Assembly (NCBI GenBank): GCA_014237955.1
Contig: JABABY010000001.1
Coordinates: 1 to 47,162, forward strand
Reading direction: 5' to 3'
DNA: 47,162 nucleotides
DNA from: Planctomycetota bacterium
GTDB lineage: Bacteria; Planctomycetota; Planctomycetia; Pirellulales; UBA7805
Part shown: piece after piece, positions 1 to 9,427 of the stretch
Layout of the letters: each line of letters opens with the position of its first letter
How positions within the stretch are numbered: position 1 is the first letter of the stretch
The notes under the pieces: model-generated
Database searches by the model: none
The model's input: only the letters and a program-made list of their open reading frames with translations
Told to the model about the DNA's origin: nothing
Made by a program: the position numbers and the translations under genes

Positions 1-2163
1 ATACCCAGTACTCGATGCTTCCAACGCCACATTCGGGGCAACCCCAAAATAGGTGCTCGAGGCAAATTCGCTCACCGACATTTCTGTCAAAGGCTCGAAA
101 GCCGCTAATGAGAAACCACTGACATGCTCACCAGGGTCCACTATATGAGTCACACTAAAGAGCCAACTCTCCCCAGGATCCAGTTTGTTGTTCTGGTCTA
201 TATCCCCTGTGTTGAAATCATCCGTCAGAACCGCAGGGGCATCAGTATCATCGCTCGGATCATTCGGAGTTTCATTGTCATCAACAACGTACACACTCTC
301 GAGTGAGAGATTTCCAGAATTAGCAACGACCACTTTGTGCGTCACCATCATATCTAATGGGAAATATGGGGTCGCCGGGACTTCCCCAATATCATTGTGG
401 AGAGTGACAATCATGTCGATATCGATAACGGGAAGATCGTCGTTCACCACTTGCAACGAGGCTGTGCCACCTGTTGCGCGATTCGCGCTGGCTGCAATCG
501 AAACCGTTTTGGAATCGAACAGCAACCCATTATCCACCGTACCAATGTCGAAGGTTACGGACGAATAGCCGGCGGGGATGATCACACTCGCCGGTATCTC
601 CAATGCGGATGGGTCATCGCTAACCAGATGTACCAGAAGATCCTCACTGATATCCTTGCTACAGGTTACTGTTCCTGTAGTCGCCAGCAAACCGTCCGCC
701 TCCCCGACGGTATCGGTCTCGACTGCAAGTGTCAGAATTTGCTCCGGGGCGATACCGACAGCATCCGCTATGACGAGGCCCGTCTCGCCCGGTGATCCCG
801 ATAATGTGACGATTAGGGTACCATCCGTAACGGTGACAACATCGAGATCTTCCCAATTTGCGCCATCAAATGTGAAATCGTCTGGTACCCGCCGCTGATT
901 CAGCACAACCTCGGAGAGGAGATCCCCTGATCCATTTTTAATTGTGAAAGGAGCGTCGTTTGCGCGAATGATGCCACCGCGCTCCCGCCACGTCTTGCTT
1001 ACCCGATATTGACCCGGTTCGAGATTTGTAAAGGTCCAGGAAGCTTCACCATCACCAGTACCCACCTGCTTGCGAAACCAGCCACCTTGATAGCCGGGCA
1101 TGCTCGGTTCGGGGATAAATTGAAATCCAAACTGTGAGAATCCCTCGTCAGCATCGTCGATCACAGTCAAGTTTTCCGGGTTTTCCGGAACTAGAATTTG
1201 TCCGAAATCTACATTCTCGGTGTAGCGCCCCATTTCCACATTGACCTCAAGCCGCCCTTCACCGAACGACAAGCCCATGTCTGTGGTTAGAAGCGGACGG
1301 ATCACGTAATCACCACTCGGAACTTCAAATGCATAGCTCCCATCAGTGGACGATGTGGTCGTTAGTTCATTCTGATCCAGAACCCCGTTATCATTTGCAT
1401 CGACAAACACCGTGACATCGGAAATACCATATTCCCCACCATCCTGTACACCATCTTGGTCAAAATCATCAAAAACAGTGCCGCGGATCTCGCCATTACC
1501 AGAAACAGAATGGATGACCAGCAGGTTGCCAGAGGAATCGATAGGAAGTGAGCTATATGCTCCCCCGTAGCTCTCGGTAGGAATCCCCTCAAGGGCATTC
1601 ACAGTCGACATATCAGTGACGGTTGCAAAGACTGTAAAACCACCATTCTGGTTGTCGAGATTGCTGCTATTGTCGCTCAAATTTACAAAGAACTGGCTCG
1701 TTGCACTATCTGGATATCCAAGTTTGGCCATTGCCACCGTTGCCCGTGTATTGGAAACACCAAACTCATTTGCAATCGGAGGGTCTGCTGGAACCGTCGA
1801 AAACTGCGCAGTACTAGAAAACGATTCCTGCGTTGTTGTAAAGCCACCACCCTGAATGACAAAGCCTGGAATCAAACGATGGAAAAAGGAATTGTCATAG
1901 TCCCCATCGTTTGCATAGTTCAGAAAATTGTCGACGGTACCTGGGGCCTGTGTCGCGAGCAATTCGAGTGGAATGTCGCCATGATTGGTCTCAAGGACCA
2001 CAGTAGGGTCGACAAGAAGATTGGCCGCTTCCGAATTGTAGCCCGTCAACAGCCGTCGCGGCTCAAGAGGTTCCAATCGCAAACCGACTCGGCGCCGACC
2101 GATAGCCGTACCGGCAGCCCGGCGACCTCGACCTGTTCGTTTTGAATTGTTACGGTGAAACAT
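1..2163 (-). CDS. Secreted multidomain protein: LEPRxLL-type N-terminus, cyclophilin-type peptidyl-prolyl isomerase domain, SdrD-B/Cna-B-like and Calx-beta/DUF11-like modules (3' end runs off the window)
   Basis: Absent from the supplied ORF track because it has no stop inside the window. My own minus-strand translation from the ATG at 2163 reads MFHRNNSKRTGRGRRAAGTAIGRRRVGLRLEPLEPRRLLTG. It continues with VVLETNHGDIPLELLATQAPGTVDNFLNYANDGDYDNSFFHRLIPGFVIQGGGF (cyclophilin signature) and GTVFDDFDQDGVQDGGEYGISDVTVFVDANDNGVLDQNE (SdrD B-like). The frame stays open for all 721 codons down to base 1. Confidence 0.85.
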   Translation of the reverse strand, partial: MFHRNNSKRTGRGRRAAGTAIGRRRVGLRLEPLEPRRLLTGYNSEAANLLVDPTVVLETNHGDIPLELLATQAPGTVDNFLNYANDGDYDNSFFHRLIPGFVIQGGGFTTTQESFSSTAQFSTVPADPPIANEFGVSNTRATVAMAKLGYPDSATSQFFVNLSDNSSNLDNQNGGFTVFATVTDMSTVNALEGIPTESYGGAYSSLPIDSSGNLLVIHSVSGNGEIRGTVFDDFDQDGVQDGGEYGISDVTVFVDANDNGVLDQNELTTTSSTDGSYAFEVPSGDYVIRPLLTTDMGLSFGEGRLEVNVEMGRYTENVDFGQILVPENPENLTVIDDADEGFSQFGFQFIPEPSMPGYQGGWFRKQVGTGDGEASWTFTNLEPGQYRVSKTWRERGGIIRANDAPFTIKNGSGDLLSEVVLNQRRVPDDFTFDGANWEDLDVVTVTDGTLIVTLSGSPGETGLVIADAVGIAPEQILTLAVETDTVGEADGLLATTGTVTCSKDISEDLLVHLVSDDPSALEIPASVIIPAGYSSVTFDIGTVDNGLLFDSKTVSIAASANRATGGTASLQVVNDDLPVIDIDMIVTLHNDIGEVPATPYFPLDMMVTHKVVVANSGNLSLESVYVVDDNETPNDPSDDTDAPAVLTDDFNTGDIDQNNKLDPGESWLFSVTHIVDPGEHVSGFSLAAFEPLTEMSVSEFASSTYFGVAPNVALEASSTGY

Positions 2164-2322
2164 CGATTACCCTGATCCATCTAATTGTATTTTTAAATGC
2201 CATTTTTGCCAAGAAAATGGCGTTGCAGCACCTCACCCGGGGGGGTTTTTAGCTCTCATCATCCGTACAACCGTCCTGAGTGAACCGGAAACACTCTTGC
2301 GGCAACGAGAGTAAACCGGCAA

Positions 2323-5300
2323 TCACTCGACCATTTTCTGAAATTCCGGACGGTGTTTCAATGATACAAATGCGCGATCCTGGCGAATAATGTCTTTATC
2401 CAGACCCAATCCAATTGCTTTACGAAGCAAATCCAGGGTGCGTTTTGCACGGGCATTGGCACGTTCCGAATCCTGTTGTTCATATTCGGCAATTCCGGTC
2501 GCCACGGCATAAACACTTGCTGCGTTGTAGAGAACCTGCCAGCGGTCGCCGGCCAGTTTGACCGCCGCATCGGCATCGGTACACGCCTTGGTATCCTTTC
2601 CAAGCAGAGCCGATGCATATCCACGGCCATTGTATGCTTCAGCCTGCTGCAGGACATTTAGCTGATCGCGGCCTTGTAATGCTTGATCAAACTGTTTTTC
2701 GGCAGAGAGTGTGTCGAGCAAACTCGCCCACCCGAGACGAAGGTGAATACTCGCCTCAGCACCTCCCTGCTGCGTTGCGAGTTGGTAGTCCACCATCGCC
2801 TCGTCCTCACGACCACTTCCCGCTTTCAAATCTGCTCTTCGGCTATAAAGGCCCGCAAGTGCATCGGGCCCCAAGGTCGCCGCACCCCAAGCTTCGGCGG
2901 CGTCAAAATCTGCGATGGCTTGTTTGACGAGGGAGGGATCGTTTTTTGTACCTCCATGACTTTGAGCGAGTTGCCATAGCCGGTGGCGGACACGGCCACG
3001 GCCTAAAAATGCACTTGGATCTTGAGACCTCACCCGCAAAGTTCGGCCGTAGCTGCGCTCTGCCTGTTGAAGATATTCACGGGCAGAAGCAATGTTGTCG
3101 CCACTAGATGCACGTTCGGCTAGTCTCTCGTAAACGCCACCCAAGCGATACTCGACGCGAGGATCATGTGGTGCGACTCTTTGGGCATTTAGAAGATCTT
3201 GTAAAGCGGCATCCATCTCTCCAAACCGCATACGCGTCTCCCCTCGTCCCAACAGTGCCTCCAGATAACTAGGGTATTGTCCGAGTGCCTGAGAAAAACT
3301 GCCGATGGCTTGATCCAACTCTTTTTGAGCTGGATCTTTATCGCCCAATCCCCTAAAAATCGCAGCCCTTTCTGCATAGGTTGCGCCCAGGTTAGAAAGC
3401 GGGCCAGGATCCGCCGGTTCCTGTTCGTGACTGCGACGAAACTGCTCACTTGCTAGAGCGAGCCATTTCATCTTTTGTCGCACGCTTGCACCTCCACCAG
3501 CGGTGGTTGCACGGGTCAAGTAAACAACACCCCGATTGTTGGTCACCGCGCTTAAGTTTGGTGCGATGCTTTCAGCACGATTCAGTGCCGCATGCGCGGC
3601 CTCCCAATCTCCCAAGCGGGCCAAAGCAAGTGCTTTGCCAGCATATGCCAAGGCAAATTGCGGTCGCAAACGAGTGACTTGATCGTAGGCGGCAATAGCA
3701 CGCACTGGTTGCTGCAGTTGTAGCCAACAAACCGCAAGCATCATATGAGACCAGACATGATCTGGATTTTCTTTCAGAGCATTTTCATACTCCGAGATCG
3801 CTTTGAAAATATCCCCTTTCGTTCGCGCATCCGTACCTTCAAGAAAAAAATCGAACGCTGTCGCCGAGGCCGTTTGCAACAGACGCCGTCTATCGGAATC
3901 GGCCTGATCTGTCTCTCCAAGCATCTGGTAGTAGTCGGACCGCAAACGGTAGATCGCTCGTCGACCGCGTCGTAATTGTTCTGCATCCGCCAACATTGCA
4001 ACTGCATTACGAAGCGATGCCGCTTGTTTGTCTTTAGGAGCCGAATCAACCTCTGCCCGGGCCAGCAGGATAATGGCTTCGGCCATACTTTCACGCAACT
4101 GATTTACCGCTTCATGATCGAGATCTTCGGATTCCAATCGCTCTGCCCAACCACCCTGCTGGTACGCATCGTAAATCGATCGGCTCAAATTCCTGCCGGT
4201 AATCATGTCACCAAACACTGTGCGAAAACGAACTTCGTCCATACTTTTGTTCACTTGATCGAGCATTGCATCGAAATCCTCACGTGTACCGATCGTTTGC
4301 TCGACATGCTGCCGCTGCATGGCAGCATCCTCAAACACCTTTTTCAAAGAAGCTCGCTTTTTCGCAACCGCCTCAGCTTGCGTAAAAAATTTCAATGCTT
4401 TCGGTAGATCATTGGCCACAAGTGCCTCTTGACCTGCACCCAAGTTTTTCTGCACATCGCTCAGCGATTCAGAATCTCTCGATGCCTCGACCTGAAGCCA
4501 GACCACCGCTGCGATCAACGCCGTCAGCAGCAGCGCTGCGGAGGCACTTACGGGAACTTTATGGTGTCTTGCAAATCGAAATGCCCGCTGGAGGACTGGC
4601 TCGCGGTAGACCGACACCGGCTCATCGGCAAGCCAGCATTCCATGTCTGCCGCCAACTCCCCAGCACTCTCATAGCGATCCTCCGGTTCCGGAGACATCG
4701 CCTTGACACAGATTGCTTCGAGGGCACGAGGTACATCGGGAGCGACTTCGCAGGGATGCTTGAATTGTCCTGCAGCTACCTGTTCTAACGCTGTATCGCC
4801 CTGAAATGGGAATTTACCGGTAAGGACGCGATAGAGAGTCGCGCCTAGGCTGTAGATATCGCTCGCCGGTCCAACCTGATCTACCGACCCGAGGGCCTGT
4901 TCTGGACTCATATAGGCCGGAGTCCCAACAACGGAACCGGGCAATGTCGTACTTGCACTTCGAATCTTCACCGGAGATGGATGTTCGCCTTTCGGCTCGC
5001 TTTCCACCTCTTCTTCATCCATCTTTTTTGCCAACCCCCAATCGACGACAAGCGTCTCACCATAACACCCAAGCATGACATTATCTGGCTTGATATCGCG
5101 GTGGATAATGTCTCGGTTATGCGCATAATCGATCACCTGACAAACATCGATAAAGTGATTCAATAACCTTCGAAATTCGAGGCGTCGTTGTCCAGGATCA
5201 CACGGCTCCTCTGCTGATTTGTGATATCGCGAAACGGCCTTGGAAAGCGTTTCGCCTTCGATAAATCGCATCGCATAGTATAACTGTCCGTCTGGATAGT

Positions 5301-5958
5301 GCCCCAATCCGTAGACCGGAACGACTCCTGGATGTTCCAATGCACCAGTAATTCGAGCTTCTTGGGCAAACCGCTCCCGACTCGCCTGGACATTCGCATA
5401 GCGCGGTTTGATCTCCTTAAGTGCAACTTCCCGAGGCACCTCTCGATCTACCGCAACATGAATTTCTCCAAGACCTCCTTTCTCATGGAATCGAATCTTT
5501 TTAAACCTTATGGATTGTGGGTCAGTGGCTGGATGATAAATGGCATCTTCAGCATCTGGGTCACCAATAATCGCTTCCGAATTTGCTGCCCACAGCGAAT
5601 AGCTTTCATTGGTAAGATTTGTCAGGTTCTCACCCGACGGTGTGTGATCCAGAGTCAGGCTATTTGGTCCCGATGCCCCATCATCCTGGACCATGTCAGA
5701 TGGCGTATGGTCCAAAGTAGGATAAACACTCTCATCAGTATCATCAGACTGCCCGATCCTATCGGCAACCGCTTTTTCTAGAGATAAGCGATCGGCCGAC
5801 GAGAGCAACCCCAGACTCTCGAGGGTCTCGGCAAGAGAACTGTTTGGCTGTTCATTCCAGACTTTCGCACCCCTCACTAATTCCTCGCCCGAAACAAATT
5901 CCATCTCGACCGCCAAGATGCCAAGCAGAAAATTGTTATCTGCCGCCCGATCATTCAT
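2323..5958 (-). CDS. Receptor-type Ser/Thr protein kinase with a single TM segment and a long C-terminal TPR region (1211 aa)
   Basis: Hanks kinase motifs are present: VALKEIK, HRDIKPDNVML, DWGLAK and GTPAYMSPEQ. A hydrophobic segment (VSASAALLLTALIAAVVWL) follows the kinase domain. About 700 aa of TPR-like repeats come after it (e.g. AISEYENALKENPDHVWSHMMLAVCW). Confidence 0.92.
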   Translation of the reverse strand: MNDRAADNNFLLGILAVEMEFVSGEELVRGAKVWNEQPNSSLAETLESLGLLSSADRLSLEKAVADRIGQSDDTDESVYPTLDHTPSDMVQDDGASGPNSLTLDHTPSGENLTNLTNESYSLWAANSEAIIGDPDAEDAIYHPATDPQSIRFKKIRFHEKGGLGEIHVAVDREVPREVALKEIKPRYANVQASRERFAQEARITGALEHPGVVPVYGLGHYPDGQLYYAMRFIEGETLSKAVSRYHKSAEEPCDPGQRRLEFRRLLNHFIDVCQVIDYAHNRDIIHRDIKPDNVMLGCYGETLVVDWGLAKKMDEEEVESEPKGEHPSPVKIRSASTTLPGSVVGTPAYMSPEQALGSVDQVGPASDIYSLGATLYRVLTGKFPFQGDTALEQVAAGQFKHPCEVAPDVPRALEAICVKAMSPEPEDRYESAGELAADMECWLADEPVSVYREPVLQRAFRFARHHKVPVSASAALLLTALIAAVVWLQVEASRDSESLSDVQKNLGAGQEALVANDLPKALKFFTQAEAVAKKRASLKKVFEDAAMQRQHVEQTIGTREDFDAMLDQVNKSMDEVRFRTVFGDMITGRNLSRSIYDAYQQGGWAERLESEDLDHEAVNQLRESMAEAIILLARAEVDSAPKDKQAASLRNAVAMLADAEQLRRGRRAIYRLRSDYYQMLGETDQADSDRRRLLQTASATAFDFFLEGTDARTKGDIFKAISEYENALKENPDHVWSHMMLAVCWLQLQQPVRAIAAYDQVTRLRPQFALAYAGKALALARLGDWEAAHAALNRAESIAPNLSAVTNNRGVVYLTRATTAGGGASVRQKMKWLALASEQFRRSHEQEPADPGPLSNLGATYAERAAIFRGLGDKDPAQKELDQAIGSFSQALGQYPSYLEALLGRGETRMRFGEMDAALQDLLNAQRVAPHDPRVEYRLGGVYERLAERASSGDNIASAREYLQQAERSYGRTLRVRSQDPSAFLGRGRVRHRLWQLAQSHGGTKNDPSLVKQAIADFDAAEAWGAATLGPDALAGLYSRRADLKAGSGREDEAMVDYQLATQQGGAEASIHLRLGWASLLDTLSAEKQFDQALQGRDQLNVLQQAEAYNGRGYASALLGKDTKACTDADAAVKLAGDRWQVLYNAASVYAVATGIAEYEQQDSERANARAKRTLDLLRKAIGLGLDKDIIRQDRAFVSLKHRPEFQKMVE

Positions 5959-6181
5959 AAGTACACCACAGAAAGCGAAAGGCCAGTCCAGCGCCCAACC
6001 AAGAGACGGTCATTCGGTCCACGCCAAAGATCGGCAGGAGTCTTGGAACGCGACTGCTACGTTTCGACTTCTCTAGAAGAAGAAGTGAGCCAGTCCATCT
6101 TCCTGTGCTACCGGTGACCCGTCTATCGGAATCATTGTGCCCGACCACAACATGAGGGGCAGACACGCAACGCCACAGGGT

Positions 6182-7387
6182 TCAGTATGGCATCTGAGAA
6201 ACAGGGTTTCCAGACCTTTGCCATTCTGGAATCGCTGCAACTGCAGGGGCAACGGTAAACGTCTTAGATAAGCCCACAATGGCGTCTGTAATTGCCGCCC
6301 GGGGTGCCTGTTCGATCAGCGGAATGCCGCCGCGACGAGCTTCTGCCAAGGCTTGCTGGTCGCAGGGGATTTCCCAATCAATGCTCCTCCCAATGATCTC
6401 CTCTGCCTTTTTGAGGCTCAGCGGACTTTCTTTCCGGTCCACATGGTTGAGTACGAGGCGGACTTTATCAGCACAGCCGATCACTTCATCGAAAAACGCA
6501 AACAGGCGGATCACGTTATGTAAACCGGACGGATCAAGATGGGTCATCAAGAGTATCTGATCTGACCTGCAAAGGACTGCTCGATCTATCGCGGTATACC
6601 CCTTGGACAGGTCGAAGATGAGGTGTGAAAAGGTTTTTTCTAAAAGACGTATTAGGCGGTGTAATTTTTCGTGATCGATTTCTCTCTGGTCTGCAAGCGA
6701 TAAAGGACGCGACAATACATAAAGCCCTGAGGCGTGTCGGACGAGCGATCGGCGAAGGCGTTTTTCATCTAAATGATCAACAGAATCGACAAGATCAACT
6801 AGTGTCATCGCGGCAATAGTATCAAGGCAGATATCTGTATCCCCAAGATTGAGATCCAGGTCGATGAGTGCGACTGAATGCGGGGCAACCGATGCTAATG
6901 CACAACCAAGATTAACTGCTAGACTCGTCGTTCCAACCCCACCGGCACTTCCTGCAACGGCTACCAAGGAACAACGATGTCGGCGAGCATCCTCCCGAAT
7001 GCTTTGATTTTCATCAACGCGATTGAATGCTTGCAGGAGTTCCTCAGAACAAACGGGAGCTGTCAAAAATTCGCTTACACCAGCCTGCATACATTGCAGT
7101 ATCAAATTGCCATCGGAAGAGCTGCTTGCCACAAAAAGAATGGAATCTGGCGCCTTTGCAAAAATCTGCCGGATCATTTTCAATGCGATATCCGGATCCT
7201 CATCAATCAATACGATTCCGATATCGGGTTCTCGCTGTAACAGTCCCTCGGCAAAACACCCATAGCTTGAATACTCGGCCTCAAGTGCAATATGTTCCAT
7301 GCGGAGCAGCTGTTTTTTCAGCGCACCACGGGGCTTCTCCTCCGGTACAGCAATAACTACTCGAAGAGTATTTTTTATGGGTTGCAT
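6182..7387 (-). CDS. cpaE: Tad/Flp pilus assembly protein CpaE/TadZ family (receiver-like N-domain plus MinD/ParA-like domain)
   Basis: The N-terminal ~120 aa has a receiver-like fold pattern (LRVVIAVPEE...IGIVLIDEDPD...SEFLTAP). It is followed by a MinD/ParA-type P-loop region, VAVAGSAGGVGTTSLAVNLGCALA. The gene lies immediately downstream of a CpaC-type secretin on the same strand. Confidence 0.8.
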   Translation of the reverse strand: MQPIKNTLRVVIAVPEEKPRGALKKQLLRMEHIALEAEYSSYGCFAEGLLQREPDIGIVLIDEDPDIALKMIRQIFAKAPDSILFVASSSSDGNLILQCMQAGVSEFLTAPVCSEELLQAFNRVDENQSIREDARRHRCSLVAVAGSAGGVGTTSLAVNLGCALASVAPHSVALIDLDLNLGDTDICLDTIAAMTLVDLVDSVDHLDEKRLRRSLVRHASGLYVLSRPLSLADQREIDHEKLHRLIRLLEKTFSHLIFDLSKGYTAIDRAVLCRSDQILLMTHLDPSGLHNVIRLFAFFDEVIGCADKVRLVLNHVDRKESPLSLKKAEEIIGRSIDWEIPCDQQALAEARRGGIPLIEQAPRAAITDAIVGLSKTFTVAPAVAAIPEWQRSGNPVSQMPY

Positions 7388-7466
7388 TTTTCAGATCCAT
7401 TTTCGCATGAACTGCCACCACAATAAGAATCCGTTAACATCGGCAGCTACCAACCACACTGCATTT

Positions 7467-9083
7467 TCACCGCTGGCGATCATAGCCCAAAGGACCGATC
7501 AATCCGGGAACTTCTAGATCTTTCTCATCAAACGGGAAACCCGATGTAGAGACGGGCGGTCGTTTCAATCCTGATGTGGAAACGACGGGTGGAATTCGAG
7601 TTACACGACGGCCGCGAGGTGTCAGAGAGGTTGAAGGTCCAGGCCCGTCATAGCGCACCGGCATCGAAAACGGTGACTGTTGAGCATGAGGCAGAAACTC
7701 TGCCGAAGAGTCTGGCTCCGTTGTTGCCGCTGGCTTGGGAAGTTCCCCGGGTAGGATCTCCTCATAGACCCCGGGAACAAAAGACTCGTACTCTCCGTTT
7801 GGCATCGCATAACCCGTTGGCAACGAGCAATGGCTTGGAATTTCGATCTCTCCCCTGAGATATAATGCGGTACCTCTGGGACTTGCTGAGTTCATGCCTG
7901 GGCCGAGAGGCGGCACTTGTTGTGGCATCAGTGGCTCGACAATTTCAGGTGTTACCATAATCAACAATTCAATTTCATTATTTGTTTCAGCCACATGACG
8001 AAAAGGCGCCCCAAGGTAGGGAATCTTACCCAACATTGGCATTGCGCGGTTTTCCGCTTCAACGCGATTTTGGATTAAACCGGCCAATGCCAAAGTTTGG
8101 CCGGATTGCATTTCGACACCCGTATCCACCTGCCGCACTTTGAGGCTGGGCATTGTGTTTTTGTTAACTTTCGTCGTCTGTGCCAGATCCAGTTCACTCA
8201 CCTTGGGACGGACTTCCAATCGAATACGCCCATTCGCTAATACGTTCGGTACAAAATCGACTTCGGTACCGTAGGTTTTATATTCAACAGAATTGGTGCC
8301 CAAAGCGCCGGGAACGACCACAGGAAACTCTCCCCCGGCACGAAAACTTGCAGAGCGACCACTGAGCGTAACAAGGGTTGGCTCAGCAAGGACTTTGACT
8401 AGCTGATTTTTTTGCAAAGCAGAAAGAAAACCAAGAAATCTTTTATCTTGCTTCACAATCCCACAACGAAGATCAATGCCGTGTTCTCGTAGCTTAGTGC
8501 GAGACACTTCCATAACGCGAACATGCAACAGAACCTGCTGGGCACCGCCTACGGTAATGTTATTGATGACTCTCGGACAAAAATTCTCTGCAATTTGAAT
8601 GATGCGGTCCACATCATCGGCCCGATTCACATAGCCCCCCACGACCACGCTATTGGCAAGTGGAATGATCTCCAGTACTGCGCCTGGGAACTGCGATTTT
8701 AAAAGACGATCCAACTCCCCAATATCTGCGGTTACAGAAACGTCAATCGCATGAATCCGGTTCTGTGAATCATGGAGATTGATTTGCGTAGAACCAGGAT
8801 TTTTTGCAACAACCTGTAACTGGTTTGGGGAAATCGGCTGGATTTGAAGTACGTCAGGATTGGTTACCTGGGCTCTCGGAAAAACATGTTCGAGCGTCAG
8901 CATGCGACTCGTATTGACTCTCATCTCAAGTTGCTGCACCGAGGTTGAAATCGCAACCTCGGGAGATGATGGGAGGGGCATCTCGGCAGTGGCACGTGTG
9001 GTTAGTAGCAGGGCCATAGCCAGGGATATTGCAATTGCATTGCCCCGGTAAAGATCACTGATGCCGGGATTGGCGTATTTCAT
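7467..9083 (-). CDS. cpaC: Type II/III secretion system secretin, CpaC/RcpA family, with a Pro-rich C-terminal tail
   Basis: A pilus-N domain is present (RMLTLEHVFPRAQVTNPDVLQIQPISPNQLQVVAKNPGSTQINL). The secretin core is also present (LVKVLAEPTLVTLSGRSASFRAGGEFPV...MPMLGKIPYLGAPFR...ELLIMVTPEIV). The longest ORF starts at 9140. I prefer the ATG at 9083 (MKYANPG...AIAISLAMALLLTTRATA, signal-like), which is preceded by AGGAAG. Confidence 0.88.
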   Translation of the reverse strand: MKYANPGISDLYRGNAIAISLAMALLLTTRATAEMPLPSSPEVAISTSVQQLEMRVNTSRMLTLEHVFPRAQVTNPDVLQIQPISPNQLQVVAKNPGSTQINLHDSQNRIHAIDVSVTADIGELDRLLKSQFPGAVLEIIPLANSVVVGGYVNRADDVDRIIQIAENFCPRVINNITVGGAQQVLLHVRVMEVSRTKLREHGIDLRCGIVKQDKRFLGFLSALQKNQLVKVLAEPTLVTLSGRSASFRAGGEFPVVVPGALGTNSVEYKTYGTEVDFVPNVLANGRIRLEVRPKVSELDLAQTTKVNKNTMPSLKVRQVDTGVEMQSGQTLALAGLIQNRVEAENRAMPMLGKIPYLGAPFRHVAETNNEIELLIMVTPEIVEPLMPQQVPPLGPGMNSASPRGTALYLRGEIEIPSHCSLPTGYAMPNGEYESFVPGVYEEILPGELPKPAATTEPDSSAEFLPHAQQSPFSMPVRYDGPGPSTSLTPRGRRVTRIPPVVSTSGLKRPPVSTSGFPFDEKDLEVPGLIGPLGYDRQR

Positions 9084-9427
9084 CCACTTGCTTCCTTGCT
9101 CATCGATGCGGCAAAGGACCACACAGATACTCGTCTTCATCCTCGAACAGCGCGAAAAAAAACAACACTTCGAGTACCCGTGTATGATCCGCCAAGCAAT
9201 CGTTCAATGGACCGCCGCCGCTAGCACACCCAACGTTTTCTTCGGCAATTTTGGCGATCTTTCTACAGCTTGAATCGCACAGTTGATCGCTCCGGTCATT
9301 CGGATTGGCTGATGTCCTTGCTAGCGGCGGCGCAGACTGGTGCTCTTTTTTTGATCGACCCTCTGGACCAAAGCAAACATTCGTCACTTTGACCATGCTA
9401 GCCGTGCCATCAATCGGTCGATGTCTT

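Noticed and set aside
2199-2221. 8-bp stem / 7-nt loop hairpin (GCCATTTT-TGCCAAG-AAAATGGC) downstream of the kinase gene
   Set aside because: The stem is AT-rich and is not followed by a U-tract on either strand. It could equally lie in the 5' leader of the cyclophilin gene. It cannot be supported as an intrinsic terminator.
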